From assembly GCF_963921235.1 (NCBI RefSeq), contig NC_086099.1, forward strand, positions 124,310,001 to 124,374,000: 64,000 nucleotides of DNA, given 5' to 3'. Position numbers and translations under genes: made by a program. Source of the stretch: Mobula hypostoma. Taxonomy: Eukaryota. A model generated the notes under the pieces. It was not told where the DNA came from. It did no database searches and saw nothing but the letters and a program-made list of their open reading frames with translations. Shown here one piece after another: positions 1-11,879 of the stretch. How positions within the stretch are numbered: position 1 is the first letter of the stretch; every line of letters begins with the position of its first letter.

Positions 1-44
1 GTGTAGGCAGGAGGGGTTATTTTTTGTCTTTTTTTTAATTTACT

Positions 45-1730
45 TTTTAGCTGGTTCGGAACAACACTGTGGGTCAAAGGGTCTGGGTTCTATATTTGTA
101 TCTATGTTCTACCACCACCCCTGACAGGGTATTCCATGCACCCACCACTCTCTGTGTCAGAAACTTACCTCTGACATCCCCTCTGTACTTTCCTCTCATC
201 ATCTTAAAATTATGCCCACTTGTATTAGCCATTCCCATGTTAAGAAAATGTCTCTGGCTGTTCACTCAACCTATGTCTTTTATCATCTTGTACACCTCTA
301 TCAAGTCGCTTCTCATCCTCCTTCATCCCAGAGAGAAATCTGTAGCTCGCTCAACCATTCCTCATAAGACATGCTCTCTAATCTAGGCATCATCCTGGTC
401 AATCTCCTGCGTTCTCTCTCTAAAGGCTTCTACATCCATTCAACAATGAGGTGACCAGATCGGAACACTATATTCCAAGTGTGATCTAACCAGGATTTTA
501 CAGAGCTGCAACATTACCTCAATCTCCTGACTAATGAAGGCCAACACACCATACACCTTCTTGACAACCCTACAAACTAACATGGCAACTTTGAGGATCT
601 ATGGACATGGATGCAAAGATTCCCCTGTTCCTCCACACTGTTAAGGATCCTGCCATTAACCCTGTATTCTGCCTTTAAATTCAACCTTCCAGAGTAAACC
701 ACGTCTCACGTTTCTCATCTGCCACTTCTCAGCCCAGCTCTGCATCATATCAGTCCTCCATTGTAACTTTTAGCCACCTTCTGCAGTATCCATGATTCCA
801 CCAACCTTTCTGTCATTTGCAAACTGAACAACCCATGCTTCCACTTCTCCGTCTAGGTCACAAGTAATCACAAAGAGCAGGGTCTCAGAACAGATCCTTG
901 TGGAACACCATTGGTCACCGATCTCCAGGCAGAAAACTCTCAGTCTACAACCCACGCTGCCTTCTGTAGACAAACCAATTCTGTATCTACATGGCCAAGT
1001 TTCCCTGGATCCCATGCCTTCTGACTTATGGAATGAGCCTACCATGGGGAACCTCAACAAACACCTTACTAAAATCCATATACACCACATCCACTGCTCT
1101 ACCTTTGTCAATGTGCTTTGTCACATCCTCAAAGAATTCAATCAGGCTCGGGAGACATGGCCTGACCCTTACAAAGCCATGCTAACGCTCCCTAATTAGA
1201 CTATGCTTCTCCAAATGCTCGTAAAACCTGTCTTTAAGAATCTTCTCCAATAATTTGCCCACCACTGAAGTAAGACTCACTGATCTATAATTCTCAGGGT
1301 TATCCAGACTCCCATTCTCGAACAAACAAATAACATTTACCACTCTCCAATCACCTAGTACTAGTCCAGTCATCATCATAGCTTGTCACACCAGATAGCC
1401 AGCCACTCTAGTGTTGTTGAGTAGTTCAGTGTCAACTAAATCAGGTGAGAGTGGGCAGTTATGCAGAACGTGTTCAACGTTCTGCACCCTTTCGCCACAC
1501 TCACAGGATTCGCTGGTCTTTAAACCCCACTTCACCATATTGTCTCCCGTCCTACAAACTCCCACTCTCGCTCTGTTGAGTGTCCAGTGACCAGTGAGAA
1601 TGCAAAGATCATCACCAACAGTGCAGCCATCTCTTCCCTCGCTTCCCGTAGTAACCTGGGATATATATTTTCCAAGTCCTGGGAATTTATCTATCTTAAT
1701 TTTTTTCAAAAGTTCCTGCACATCTCGTTT
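45..1730 (-). mobile_element. Decayed CR1 LINE fragment (RT region to 3' end) with a nested insertion at 1371-1581
   Basis: Broken ORF pieces read DWRVVNV...NYRSVSLTSVVGKLLEKILKDR, YIIWILVR/GNLAM-type RT segments and FLTQRVVGAWNTL, all typical of CR1 ORF2; many stops and frameshifts. Confidence 0.85.
1371..1581 (-). mobile_element. 3' fragment of a non-CR1 non-LTR retrotransposon (Ingi/Vingi- or Jockey/I-group-like Cys/His C-terminus)
   Basis: Translation LNRARVGVCRTGDNMVKWGLKTSESCECGERVQNVEHVLHNCP*, short (TGA)n tail, flanked by GTCCAGT at 1364-1370 and 1582-1588 (7-bp TSD). Clade assignment is from recall. Confidence 0.6.
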
Positions 1731-2958
1731 CTCAATGCTGCCATCTTCTAGAACTTCAAATTATATTCCCGAATGACAGAAATATTTCAAAACAGCTTGA
1801 AGATTTTAAATTCAGGGATAGGTTGTATTTTTGTTAGCTATTTTGTGGGTAGGACCTTGTTCTGGCTGCTCCAGATGACGGGATTAACATGTACATCTTG
1901 CCAGTGTACTGGGCCTCATGATTAGCAGTGGGGGTTATCACTTTTCAACGAGTTGATAGACAGATAAACAATTTTCCAGTAGGTCAGCAGTGGATGTGGA
2001 TGTCTTGATGATGGCAGGAATTTCTGGCACAACAACCCTGGGAGGTTGCACATTGAATATTTACTGACTTCCCTGACGTGCTTGTTGCTTTCCACAGTGG
2101 ATCCTGAGAATGAAACTCCCTCCTCAAAGTAGCTGCAGTTAATAAACTCTCCTTTAATGGTGGCTCTTCTTACGTTTTATAAAGGATAGGAAACACATAA
2201 AGTGAAGGCCCTAGATACAAGATCACACTTCCTTGTCCAAGGCAGCTAACTGTGACAGAAAAATAATGCAGAAAGGAAAATGGCAGATGATGAGTTTCAA
2301 TATTGGCTTTCTGTGAACCTCTGGGTCTGATGGTCTAATGAACAGAGGGGAGTGCCGTGCACATTTGGACATCACTTCAGGGGTTTTCACTGCGACCCAG
2401 TGGGAGACGTGTGGGTTGTTAGATTGATTTTCTCATTGTAAACATGCTCCTAGGATGTAGTTGTGTAGATGAACCTTGGAGGGGAGGTGGGGTAGATAGA
2501 GGAGGGGATTAATGAGTGTGCGGGGAGAATTAAACACATGGGATTGATGTAAATAGTAGCTGATGTTTGTATTGAACTCAATGGGTCTAGAAAAGCTTTA
2601 CTCTAGTACTGCACCATTGAATATGGAGCATAATGTGATAATGACCATTTCTGAGTTGCTTTGATTCCCGGTGGAAAATTCAGACAAGTACTTTCAAGTG
2701 ACAGTCACACTAGTGATAGACACACTTACGTGTCAGATTCCTTGTCACATGCACTATTTCTGACTTTTTGATATCTTGAAGTCTTTGCTGGAGAAATTGG
2801 ACATTTTGGGAGCTCCTGGAGTCGCATCCAAACAGCTTCAGGAAAGCATGGGGGAAATTAAAGCAAAGATACATTGTTTCAGAAAGAAATCTTTCATCAG
2901 CCTCATTTTCCTTTTTTTGCATTTAGTTAAAAAGACAGATGCGTTGGGAAGATGTGCA

Positions 2959-3163
2959 GGGTAGCACAACGCTCTTCAGTACAAGCAACCCAGGTTCGAT
3001 TCCCGCCACACTCCGAAGACATACTGTTTTCAGGTTAACTGGTCTCTGTAAAGTGTCCCGTGATTACACCGGGATTAAATTGGGGGATTGCTGGGCAGGG
3101 CAGCTCGAAGGGTGGGAAGGGCCCACTCTGCTCTGTACCTCAGTAAACAAATAAATAAATAAC
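2959..3163 (+). mobile_element. tRNA-derived SINE (internally deleted) with CR1-like tail
   Basis: B-box GGTTCGATTCC near 2993-3003; 3' end GAAGGG...CTCTGTACCTCAGTAAACAAATAAATAAATAA. Confidence 0.6.
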
Positions 3164-3187
3164 GGTAACGTGAGGATTAAGAAGAGC

Positions 3188-3295
3188 CATCTGTGATTGA
3201 CGGGACAAATAGTGGTGTCCTAGCTACAGTTTATTTTGAGCTGGAAGTCCTCTCTACCCTTGCTCCCTTATTTGGTGGGTGAGGCATTTTAACGC
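3188..3295 (+). promoter_or_regulatory. Putative APOBEC2 proximal promoter with CArG box and E-box
   Basis: Perfect CC(A/T)6GG (CCTTATTTGG) at 3266-3275 and CATCTG E-box at 3188-3193, about 100-185 bp upstream of the ATG. APOBEC2 is a muscle-expressed gene in other vertebrates. TSS not determined. Confidence 0.45.
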
Positions 3296-3372
3296 TGCAG
3301 GGATTTCTCTCCTGCTCAGTGAAGAGCTTGCTGTCAGACAGTGCACATCCCACTGGCCTGTACTGTCTAAAC

Positions 3373-3485
3373 ATGGCCGAAAACAAGACTGAAGCAGCAA
3401 ATGAGGAAGTTGACAGTAAGGACAAAGTAGAGGGCAAAGAAAATGCTGAAGTCGTCGACCTGGGGCCTTTTGAAATCGTCATCGG
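3373..3485 (+). CDS. APOBEC2: APOBEC2 coding exon 1 (37 codons + 2 nt)
   Basis: MAENKTEAANEEVDSKDKVEGKENAEVVDLGPFEIVIG resembles the acidic N-terminus and LPPFEIVTG motif of vertebrate APOBEC2. Donor GG|GTGAGT at 3485/3486, phase 2, matches exon 2. Not present in the ORF track. Confidence 0.9.
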
Positions 3486-4560
3486 GTGAGTGTCAAGCTG
3501 CTTTCCACAAAGTGGTGGCATGTTAGTGAGGAAGGAAAACGTAGATATAAATTTGACAAAAATGTCTCTAAAGTTGACTATCTAATTTTTCCATGCTGAT
3601 AAAGGGATTAATACAATATTTATCAGACATAGATTCACACAGGGCAAGAAACCTTCCACTGAGTCTGCACTAATCATCAAGCACTAATCCCATTTCATCC
3701 TCTCCACATTCCTGACAAACCCCCTCAGATCTGCTCACTCATCAACATGCCGGGGACGATCTACAGAGGCAAATTAATATACCAACATGCATGTCTTAGA
3801 GCAGTGCAAGGAAACCGGAGAACTCTCAGGAAACCCATCGCCATGAGGAGGACTTGCGGGCTCTATCTATATAGCACCTGAAATCAGCATTGAACCTGGG
3901 CCACTGGGGAGCTGTAAGACACAGCAAGCAGTTTTACCACTGTGTCGTTCCATCTATGCTCCACAAAACTCATCACAAGAAAAATACCTGATCTAAGATG
4001 AAGAAGCTACAGGGAAAGTTAATCAGTCACGAGCAAAAAGCAGAATCTATTTCAGAGAGTGATACGTGTAATTAAATGGAGTATGACAAGCTCATGTTAA
4101 AAAACATTGCAGTCATCGTATTCAGTGGCCTGGTTAGTGGACAGTCCAACTTGTCTTCTACTTCAGCACAGATAGTAACTGAATTAAAACAACTTAATAC
4201 TTTCATTCACTGATGACAGCAGCCTCAAAGTACTGTATCTTCATATGTCTATGAGTTCAAACTTCTGGACGCTATTATTTTTTGTCTCAGTAGGCGAAGA
4301 TTGGTTTATTGAGTATGCACAGCCAGCACACAGCTTTCCCTTCCAGAAGCTCTTATAAGGAAATTTTGGACATGCTGCCTCATAACTTAACAGTCTGTGA
4401 TGGACATCACATCTGCAGTGTTCTCATAGATGTTGCCAATTAGAGATTCATGGCAGGACATATATTCTGGAAAAATTGCCTTCATAGAATATATCTAATA
4501 AATAAATCTGTAGCGTTGCATTTGTGCAAAGTGTGTACAAATATGAGTATATCTGAGTGT

Positions 4561-4630
4561 GTGTATATATATATATATAGAGAGGGATAGATAGATAGAT
4601 AGACAGCTATAGATAGATAGTGTATAATAT
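4561..4630. repeat. Compound microsatellite (TA)n/(AGAT)n
   Basis: Direct reading: tatatatatatatatagagagggatagatagatagatagacagctatagatagatag. Confidence 0.9.
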
Positions 4631-5444
4631 ATATTTTCCACAAAATAATAAATCCTATCGTAAGAACTTCAGGGTATTTATGATAAGTGTGATTATAACT
4701 ATATAAAGATGAAAAGGCTATTTGTGTGTAATCCAATACATGTTTAATTAGATATAAATGTACGCACCAAGAACAGAGGTTCTTCCCTGCTTTTTCACAA
4801 ACTTAATAAATCTAGAAAATCAGCAATACAGTCTTCAGCTGACTTGCAGATTTTGAGCAAGATTCTTCATCTACTAAATAGGCCAGTTTTTGACTTACTT
4901 CTAAAGTAAAACACAATGAAGATGGTGGAAATTTGAAAGGAAAAGACTTTTGTACCTCAGTTTCAGCAATGTGTTTTTTTCCTTCCTCTGTAAATCATTC
5001 ATCTCCTATTTACATTACAGACAGATTAACTACATCAGCAAACCTTTACCACCCCCTCTCAGCCTGCAGCAAAACCAACTGTGCATTCGGTCACTGCCTT
5101 CTCACAAACATTCTCTTTGTTCTCTCCACACCTCCAATTTAAACGGTTTTAAACTTTTCCACGCTTTGATAAAGGGTTCATCAAATATTAACTTTATTTC
5201 TCTCTCCACAAAGGCTGCATAATCTGCTGTGCACTTTTTGAAATGTTCTCTTTTAATCAACAATTATCCCTGTTATTTATCAGGATTAATGTCTTCTTTA
5301 ATTTACTTCCACAGGGATAGCGACAAAATTTGTAGATAAACAAGGATGCATAGATTCAGTTGCTAGGGGTGTGAGTAGGGTGCTAAGTGGTCTATGAAAT
5401 TTCAGAACGTTCTGGAATTACTAAAATGCATTCAATGTGATTAT

Positions 5445-6120
5445 AACTAATTAGATTAGATTATGAGGACACTCTGTCCTCGCTAATTGTTATTTAGTAA
5501 TGCATGCATTGAGAAATGATACAATGTTCCTCCAGTATGATATCATAGAAACACAAGACAGACCAAGACTAAAACTGCCAAAAATCATATAATTATAACA
5601 TATAGTTACAACAGTGCAAAGCAATACCGTAATTTGATAAAGACCAGATCGTGGGCAGGGTAAAAAAAGTCTCAAAGTCCCGATAACCCCATCATCTCAC
5701 GCAGATGGTAGAAGGGAGAAACTCTCCCTGCCATGAACCTCCAAGCACCGCAAACTTGCCGATGCAGCACTCTGGAAGCACCTGGCCGCAGCGGACTCTG
5801 AGTCCGTCCGAAAGCTTTGAGCCTCCGACCAGCTCTCCAACACCGAGCACCGAGCACCATCTCTGCCGAGCGCTTCAACCCGGACCCAGCCACCAAGCAA
5901 CAGGCAAAGCCGAGGATTTGGGGCCTTCCCCTCCGGAGATTCTCAATTGCACAGTAGCAGCGGCAGCGAAACAGGCATTTCAGAAGTTTCTCCAGATCTT
6001 CCTCTGTGCTTCTCTTTGTCCGTCTCTATCAAATCAGGATTGTGCACGGTGTCCTACTTGACAGATAACAGATATTCATTCCAGAGTGGCCGCTGCACGT
6101 TGCGTCAAGCCATCATCTTC
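5445..6120 (-). mobile_element. Non-autonomous SINE-like retroposon (GC-rich 5' part, (TAATC)n tail)
   Basis: Minus-strand 5' end GAAGATGATGGC..., AT-rich 3' part ending in ttagattagatta on +; no credible ORF. Confidence 0.45.
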
Positions 6121-6249
6121 TTTTCTCTTCAATTATAGTTGAAGGATTGTTTCCATGTGTTTATAATAAGGCAGGAAATTTAATGAACACTGGAAATTTT
6201 GGTTACCTGATGAGTTAAAAACACTGGTTGCTCATGTTAGTGAAATTAA

Positions 6250-6600
6250 TTGAATTGACCTTATTCCATACATCTTTCACATACATGAGGAGTAAAAATC
6301 TTTAGTTACGTCTCCGTCTAAATATGCACTGTGCAATCATAGTAATTTATAATAATTTATAATAAATAGAACAGTCAATGGAACATAGAAATGCACTCAT
6401 ATCAGCATGAGTTAATCAGTTTGATGGCCTGGTGGAAGAAGCTGTCCCGGAGACTGTTAGTCCTGGTATTTATGCTGCGGTACCGTTTCCCGGATGGTAG
6501 CAGCTGGAATAGATTATGGTTGGGGTGACTCGGGTCCCCAATGATCCTACAGGCCCTTTTTACACACCTGTCTTTGTAAATGTCCTGAATCATGGGAACA
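6250..6600 (-). mobile_element. Rex1/Babar LINE 3' fragment
   Basis: ORF 6402-6593 ends HPNHNLFQLLPSGKRYRSINTRTNSLRDSFFHQAIKLIN, the C-terminal motif seen in the other Rex1/Babar pieces in this window. Confidence 0.75.
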
Positions 6601-7338
6601 TATATGTCATGTGGGTCTTATTGTTAGTGAACTAAGCCTGGGATAATATTCCAGAAAGAATAATCTTCAGATGTATTAGTGGGTTCAGTCTTTTTCTTTA
6701 ATAATAATAAACATATTTTATTGAGAGAGATCTCACACACAAAAAATAATCACAGCTCAGTGACCATTAACTTTTCAGATTTACACAAGCAGCCAGTCCA
6801 GAGTGTGATGTCCATGCAGTTTATAAGATTGTTATTTCAACCCTTTTCACTGTCATTCATCACTTCCACCATGAACTGTGAACGGCAGTACTGCTGGACA
6901 GAAAAGGCAAACCAAGAGCACTTTACTCGTCCCATATGAACGTGTTAATGGTAAATGGAAACATGAAGTAAAACTGCAGATGCTGGAAATATGAAACATA
7001 ATACAAAATGCTAGAAACAATCAGCACGTCAGGCAGCATCGCCAGAAAGTCACTTTGTTTATGTTAAAGACAAATCTTTTTAATTAAGTTGATTGAGCTC
7101 TTTGGCAAGGAGGTCTAAGGTAGTGAGGTTGATGCTTATTACTATTTGAAAGTACTTGATAAAATGTCACACAGGAGGCTGAAGATGACTGCAGAATTAA
7201 GGGAAAGGTGACTGAATGGATTCCGATTTGGTCTAGATCAGGGGTTCCCAACCATTTTATGCCACAGAATTGTGAACCCCAGGCTAGGAGCCCCTGATCT
7301 AGATGGTCAAAAGCAAATGTAGAGACACAACAGTTAAT

Positions 7339-7567
7339 CAACACACATAAAAGTTGCCTGTGAACGCAGCAGGCCAAGCAGCATCTCTAGGAAGAGGTGC
7401 AGTCGACGTTTCAGGCTGAGACCCTTCGTCAGGAATGGTCTCGGCCTGAGCCGTCGACTGCACCTCTTCCTAGAGATGCTGCTTGGCCTGCTGCGTTCAC
7501 CAGCAACTTTTCTGTGTGTTGCTTGAATTTCCAGCATCTGCAGAATTCCTGTTGTTTGCATTTTTAA
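7339..7567. mobile_element. Fold-back (palindromic) Penelope-end mini-element with 14-bp TSD
   Basis: Arms 7341-7434 and about 7436-7519 are near-perfect inverted copies of the Penelope terminus seen at 58085-58200. ACACAACAGTTAAT is duplicated at 7325-7338 and 7568-7581. Confidence 0.8.
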
Positions 7568-7659
7568 ACACAACAGTTAATACTGGCCAAGTAATCCAGA
7601 GGCTTGGATTAACTATCATGGTAGGCTGTGGATTTACTTCAGCTAATAATCTTGAATTT

Positions 7660-7873
7660 CCAAGTTTAAAGTTCAAAGTATATTTTATTATCCAAGTAAA
7701 TATATGTCACCATATTCACTTTCCTGTGCGCATTCTCAATAAATCTATGGAATAGTAACTATAGCAGGATCAATGAAAGACCAACCAGAGTGCAGAAGAC
7801 AACAAACTGTGCAAATGTAAATATAAATAAATAGCAATAAATAACAAGAACATGAGCTAACAAGATACAGAGA
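7660..7873 (-). mobile_element. Rex1/Babar 3' UTR, left half (continues at 11149-11450 after CR1 insertion)
   Basis: Sequence matches the copy at 14670-15085; the right half carries ...LLPSGRSYRSLRAHTT... Confidence 0.65.
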
Positions 7874-10800
7874 ACTTAGAAACATAGAAACATAGAAAAT
7901 AGGTGCAGGAGTAGGCCATTCGGCCCTTCGAGCCTGCACCGCCATTTATTATGATCATGGCTGATCATCCAACTCAGTACCCCGCCCCAGCCTTCCCTCC
8001 ATACCCCCTGATCCCTGTAGCCACAAGGGCCATATCTAACTCCCTCTTAAATATAGCCAATGAACTGGCCTCAACTGTTTCCTGTGGCAGAGAATTCCAC
8101 AGATTCACCACACTCTGTGTGAAGAAGTTTTTCCTAATCTCGGTCCTAAAAGGCTTCCCCTTTATCCTCAAACTGTGACCCCTTGTTCTGGACTTCCCCA
8201 ACATTGGGAACAATCTTCCTGCATCAAGTCTGTCCAATCCCTTTAGGATTTTATACGTTTCAATCAGATCCCCCCTCAATCTTCTAAATTCCAACGAGTA
8301 CAAGCCCAGTTCATCCAGACTTTCTTCATATGAAAGTCCTGCCATCCCAGGAATCAATCTGGTGAACCTTCTTTGTACTCCCTCTATGGCAAGGATGTCT
8401 TTCCTCAGATTAGGGGACCAAAACTCACACAATACTCCAGGTGTGGTCTCACCAAGGCCTTGTACAACTGCAGTAGTACCTCCCTGCTCCTGTACTCGAA
8501 TCCTCTCGCTATAAATGCCAGCATACCATTCGCCTTTTTCACCGCCTGCTATACCTGCATGCCCACTTTCAATGACTGGTGTATAATGACACCCAGGTCT
8601 CGTTGCACCTCCCCTTTTCTTAATCGGCCACCATTCAGATAGTAATCTGCTTTCCTATTTTTGCCACCAAAGTGGATAACTTCACATTTATCCACATTAA
8701 ATTGCATCTGCCATGAATTTGCCCACTCACCCAACCTATCCAAGTCACTCTGCATCCTCTTAGCATCCTCCTCACAGCTAATACTGCCACCCAGCTTCGT
8801 GTCATCCGCAAACTTGGAGATGCTGCATTTAATTCCCTCATCCAAGTCATTAATATATATTGTAAACAACTGGGGTCCCAGCACTGAGTCTTGCGGTACC
8901 CCACTAGTCACCGCCTGCCATTCTGAAAAGGTCCCGTTTATTCCCACTCTTTGCTTCCTGTCTGCTAACCAATTCTCCATCCACATCAATACCTTACCCC
9001 CAGTACCGTGTGCTTTAAGTTTGCACAGTAATCTCCTGTGTGGGACCTTGTCAAAAGCCTTTTGAAAATCCAAATATACCACATCCACTGGTTCTCCCCT
9101 ATCCACTCTACTGGTTACATCCTCAAAAAATTCTATGAGATTCGTCAGACATGATTTTCCTTTCACAAATCCATGCTGACTCTGTCCGATGATTTCACCG
9201 CTTTCCAAATGTGCTGTTATCACATCTTTGATAACTGACTCCAGCAGTTTCCCCACCACCGACGTTAGGCTAACCGGTCTATAATTCCCTGGTTTCTCTC
9301 TCCCTCCTTTTTTAAAAAGTGGGGTTACATTAGCCACCCTCCAATCCTCAGGAACCAGTCCAGAATCTAATGAGTTTTGAAAAATTATCACTAATGCATC
9401 CACTATTTCTTGGGCTACTTCCTTAAGCACTCTAGGATGCAGACCATCTGGCCCTGGGGATTTATCTGCCTTCAATCCTTTCAATTTACCTAACACCACT
9501 TCCCTACTAACAAGTATTTCGCTCAGTTCCTCCATCTCACTGGACCCTCTGTCCCCTACTATTTCTGGAAGATTATTTATGTCCTCCTTAGTGAAGACAG
9601 AACCAAAGTAATTATTCAATTGGTCTGCCATGTCCTTGCTCCCCATAATCAATTCACCTGTTTCTGTCTGTAGGGGACCTACATTTGTCTTTACCAGTCT
9701 TTTCCTTTTTACATATCTATAAAAGCTTTTACAGTCCGTTTTTATGTTCCCTGCCAGTTTTCTCTCATAATCTTTTTTCCCCTTCCTAATTAAGCCCTTT
9801 GTCCTCCTCTGCTGAACTCTGAATTTCTCCCAGTCCTCAGGTGAGCCACTTTCTCTGGCTAATTTGTATGCTTCTTCTTTGGAATTGATACTATCCCTAA
9901 TTTCTCTTGTCAGCCACAGGTGCACTACCTTCCTTGATTTATTCTTTTGCCAGACTGGGATGAACAATTGTTGTAGTTCATCCATGCAACCTTTAAATGC
10001 TTGCCATTGCATATCCACCGTCAATCCTTTAAGTGTCATTTGCCAGTCTATCTTAGCTAATTCACGTCTCATACCTTCAAAGTTACCCCTCTTTAAGTTC
10101 AGAACCTTTGTTTCTGAATTAACTATGTCACTCTCCATCTTAATGAAGAATTCCACCATATTATGGTCACTCTTACCCAAGGGGCCTCTCACGACAAGAT
10201 TGCTAATTAACCCTTCCTCATTGCTCAAAACCCAGTCCAGAATAGCCTGCTCTCTAGTTGGTTCCTCGACATGTTGGTTCAAAAAACCATCCCGTATACA
10301 TTCCAAGAAATCCTCTTCCTCAGCACCTTTACCAATTTGTTTCACCCAACCTACATGTAGATTGAAGTCACCCATTATAACTGCTGTTCCTTTATTGCAC
10401 ACATTTCTAATTTCCTGTTTAATACCATCTCTGACCTCACTACTACTGTTAGGTGGCCTGTACACAACTCCCACCAGCGTCTTCTGCCCCTTAGTGTTAC
10501 GCAGCTCTACCCATATCGATTCCACATCTTCCCGGCTTATGTCCTTCCTTTCTATTGCGATAATCTCTTCTTTAACCAGCAACGCCACCCCACCTCCCCT
10601 TCCTTCATGTCTATCCCTCCTGAATATTGAATATCCCTGAACGTTGAGCTCCCATCCTTGGTCACCCTGGAGCCATGTCTCTGTGATCCCAACTATATCA
10701 TAATCATTAATAACAATCTGCACTTTCAATTCATCCACCTTGTTACGAATGCTCCTTGCATTGACACACAAAGCCTTCAGGCGCTCTTTTACAACTCTCT

Positions 10801-11148
10801 TAGCCCTTATACAATTATGTTGAAAAGTGGCCCTTTTTAATGCTTGCCCTGGATTTGTTGGCCTGCCACTTTTACTTTTCTCCTTAGTACTTTTTGTTTC
10901 TACCCCCACTTTACACCCCTCTGTCTCTCTGCACTGGTTCCCATCCCCCTGTTGTGAACTAACCTCCTCACGCCTAGCCACTTTAATTTGATTCCCACCC
11001 CCCAAACATTCTAGTTTAAAGTCACCTCAGTAGCCCTCGCTAATCTCCCTGCCAGGATATTGGTCCCCCTAGGATTCAAGTGTAACCCGTCCTTTTTGTA
11101 CAGGTCACGCCTGCGCCAAAAGTGGTCCCAATGATCCAAAAACTTGAA
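7874..11148 (-). mobile_element. CR1 LINE subfamily A, 5'-truncated in ORF1; ORF2 (endonuclease + RT) with one nonsense and one frameshift
   Basis: ORF 8549-11005: NARSIRNK, ITETW, GDFN, SDHN (APE) and YLDFQKAFDKV, KFADD (RT). TAG at 8549-8551 where other copies read Q. 1-nt deletion near 8425 (TGT GTG AGT vs TGT GTG CAG). Tail (CTATGTTT)n. Confidence 0.97.
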
Positions 11149-11879
11149 AAAGTGAGATCACTGGTTGTGGGAACATCTCAATGGATGAACAAGTGAGTGG
11201 AGTTATCACCTTTTTTCAAGAGCCTGGTGGTTGTGGGGTAGTAAATGTTCTCGAACATGGTGGTGTGAGCCCTGAGGCTCCTGTAACTTCTACCTGATGG
11301 CAGCAGTGAACAAAGAGTCTGGCCTCGGTGGTGAGGATCTTTGATGATGGGTGCTGGTTCCCTACAACAGCTTTTCATGCAGATGTGCTCAATAGTTGGG
11401 AGAGCTTTTCCCATGATGGACTGAGCTGAATCCATGACTTTTTGTAGGATTTTCTGTTCAAGGACATCAATGGTTGGCATGGATTTGATGGGCTGAAGGG
11501 TCTGTTTCTATGATGCAGCACTCTGAAACTTTGTGTGTAAAACTGATGGAAGGCAACTTCATTAACTGTTCTAAACATGCAATGAAACTGTTGAGAATGG
11601 GAAAGTTACAAGTTAAGTGGAGACGGTGGGGATGTTGGACTAAACATGACTGCTTTAAAAACTCAATATGGGCATGCTTCCTTCTGTAAGATTTCTGAGC
11701 GTTGTGTCCTTCAGTGTTGCTTGATGTAAGTGTATAGATATTGGATTGTGAAGGGCTTCGCAGTGCTGCTCAATTCAACAAGCATAAAATAAGATGAGAG
11801 AGGATGCGTTGGAACTGAAACCAGTGTAGTATGCCTAAACAATGGAAGCTACAACAGGATGAAGGAGGTGTTGGATAGG

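Noticed and set aside
2776-2964. Protein-like 62-aa ORF upstream of APOBEC2
   Set aside because: Non-ATG start, no recognisable homology, runs into a SINE, and no convincing donor site.
9864-10640. 258-aa plus-strand ORF repeated at 31260-32036, and 134-aa ORFs at 8661, 18243 and 30057
   Set aside because: Antisense shadows of CR1 ORF2; they recur only because the copies are nearly identical.
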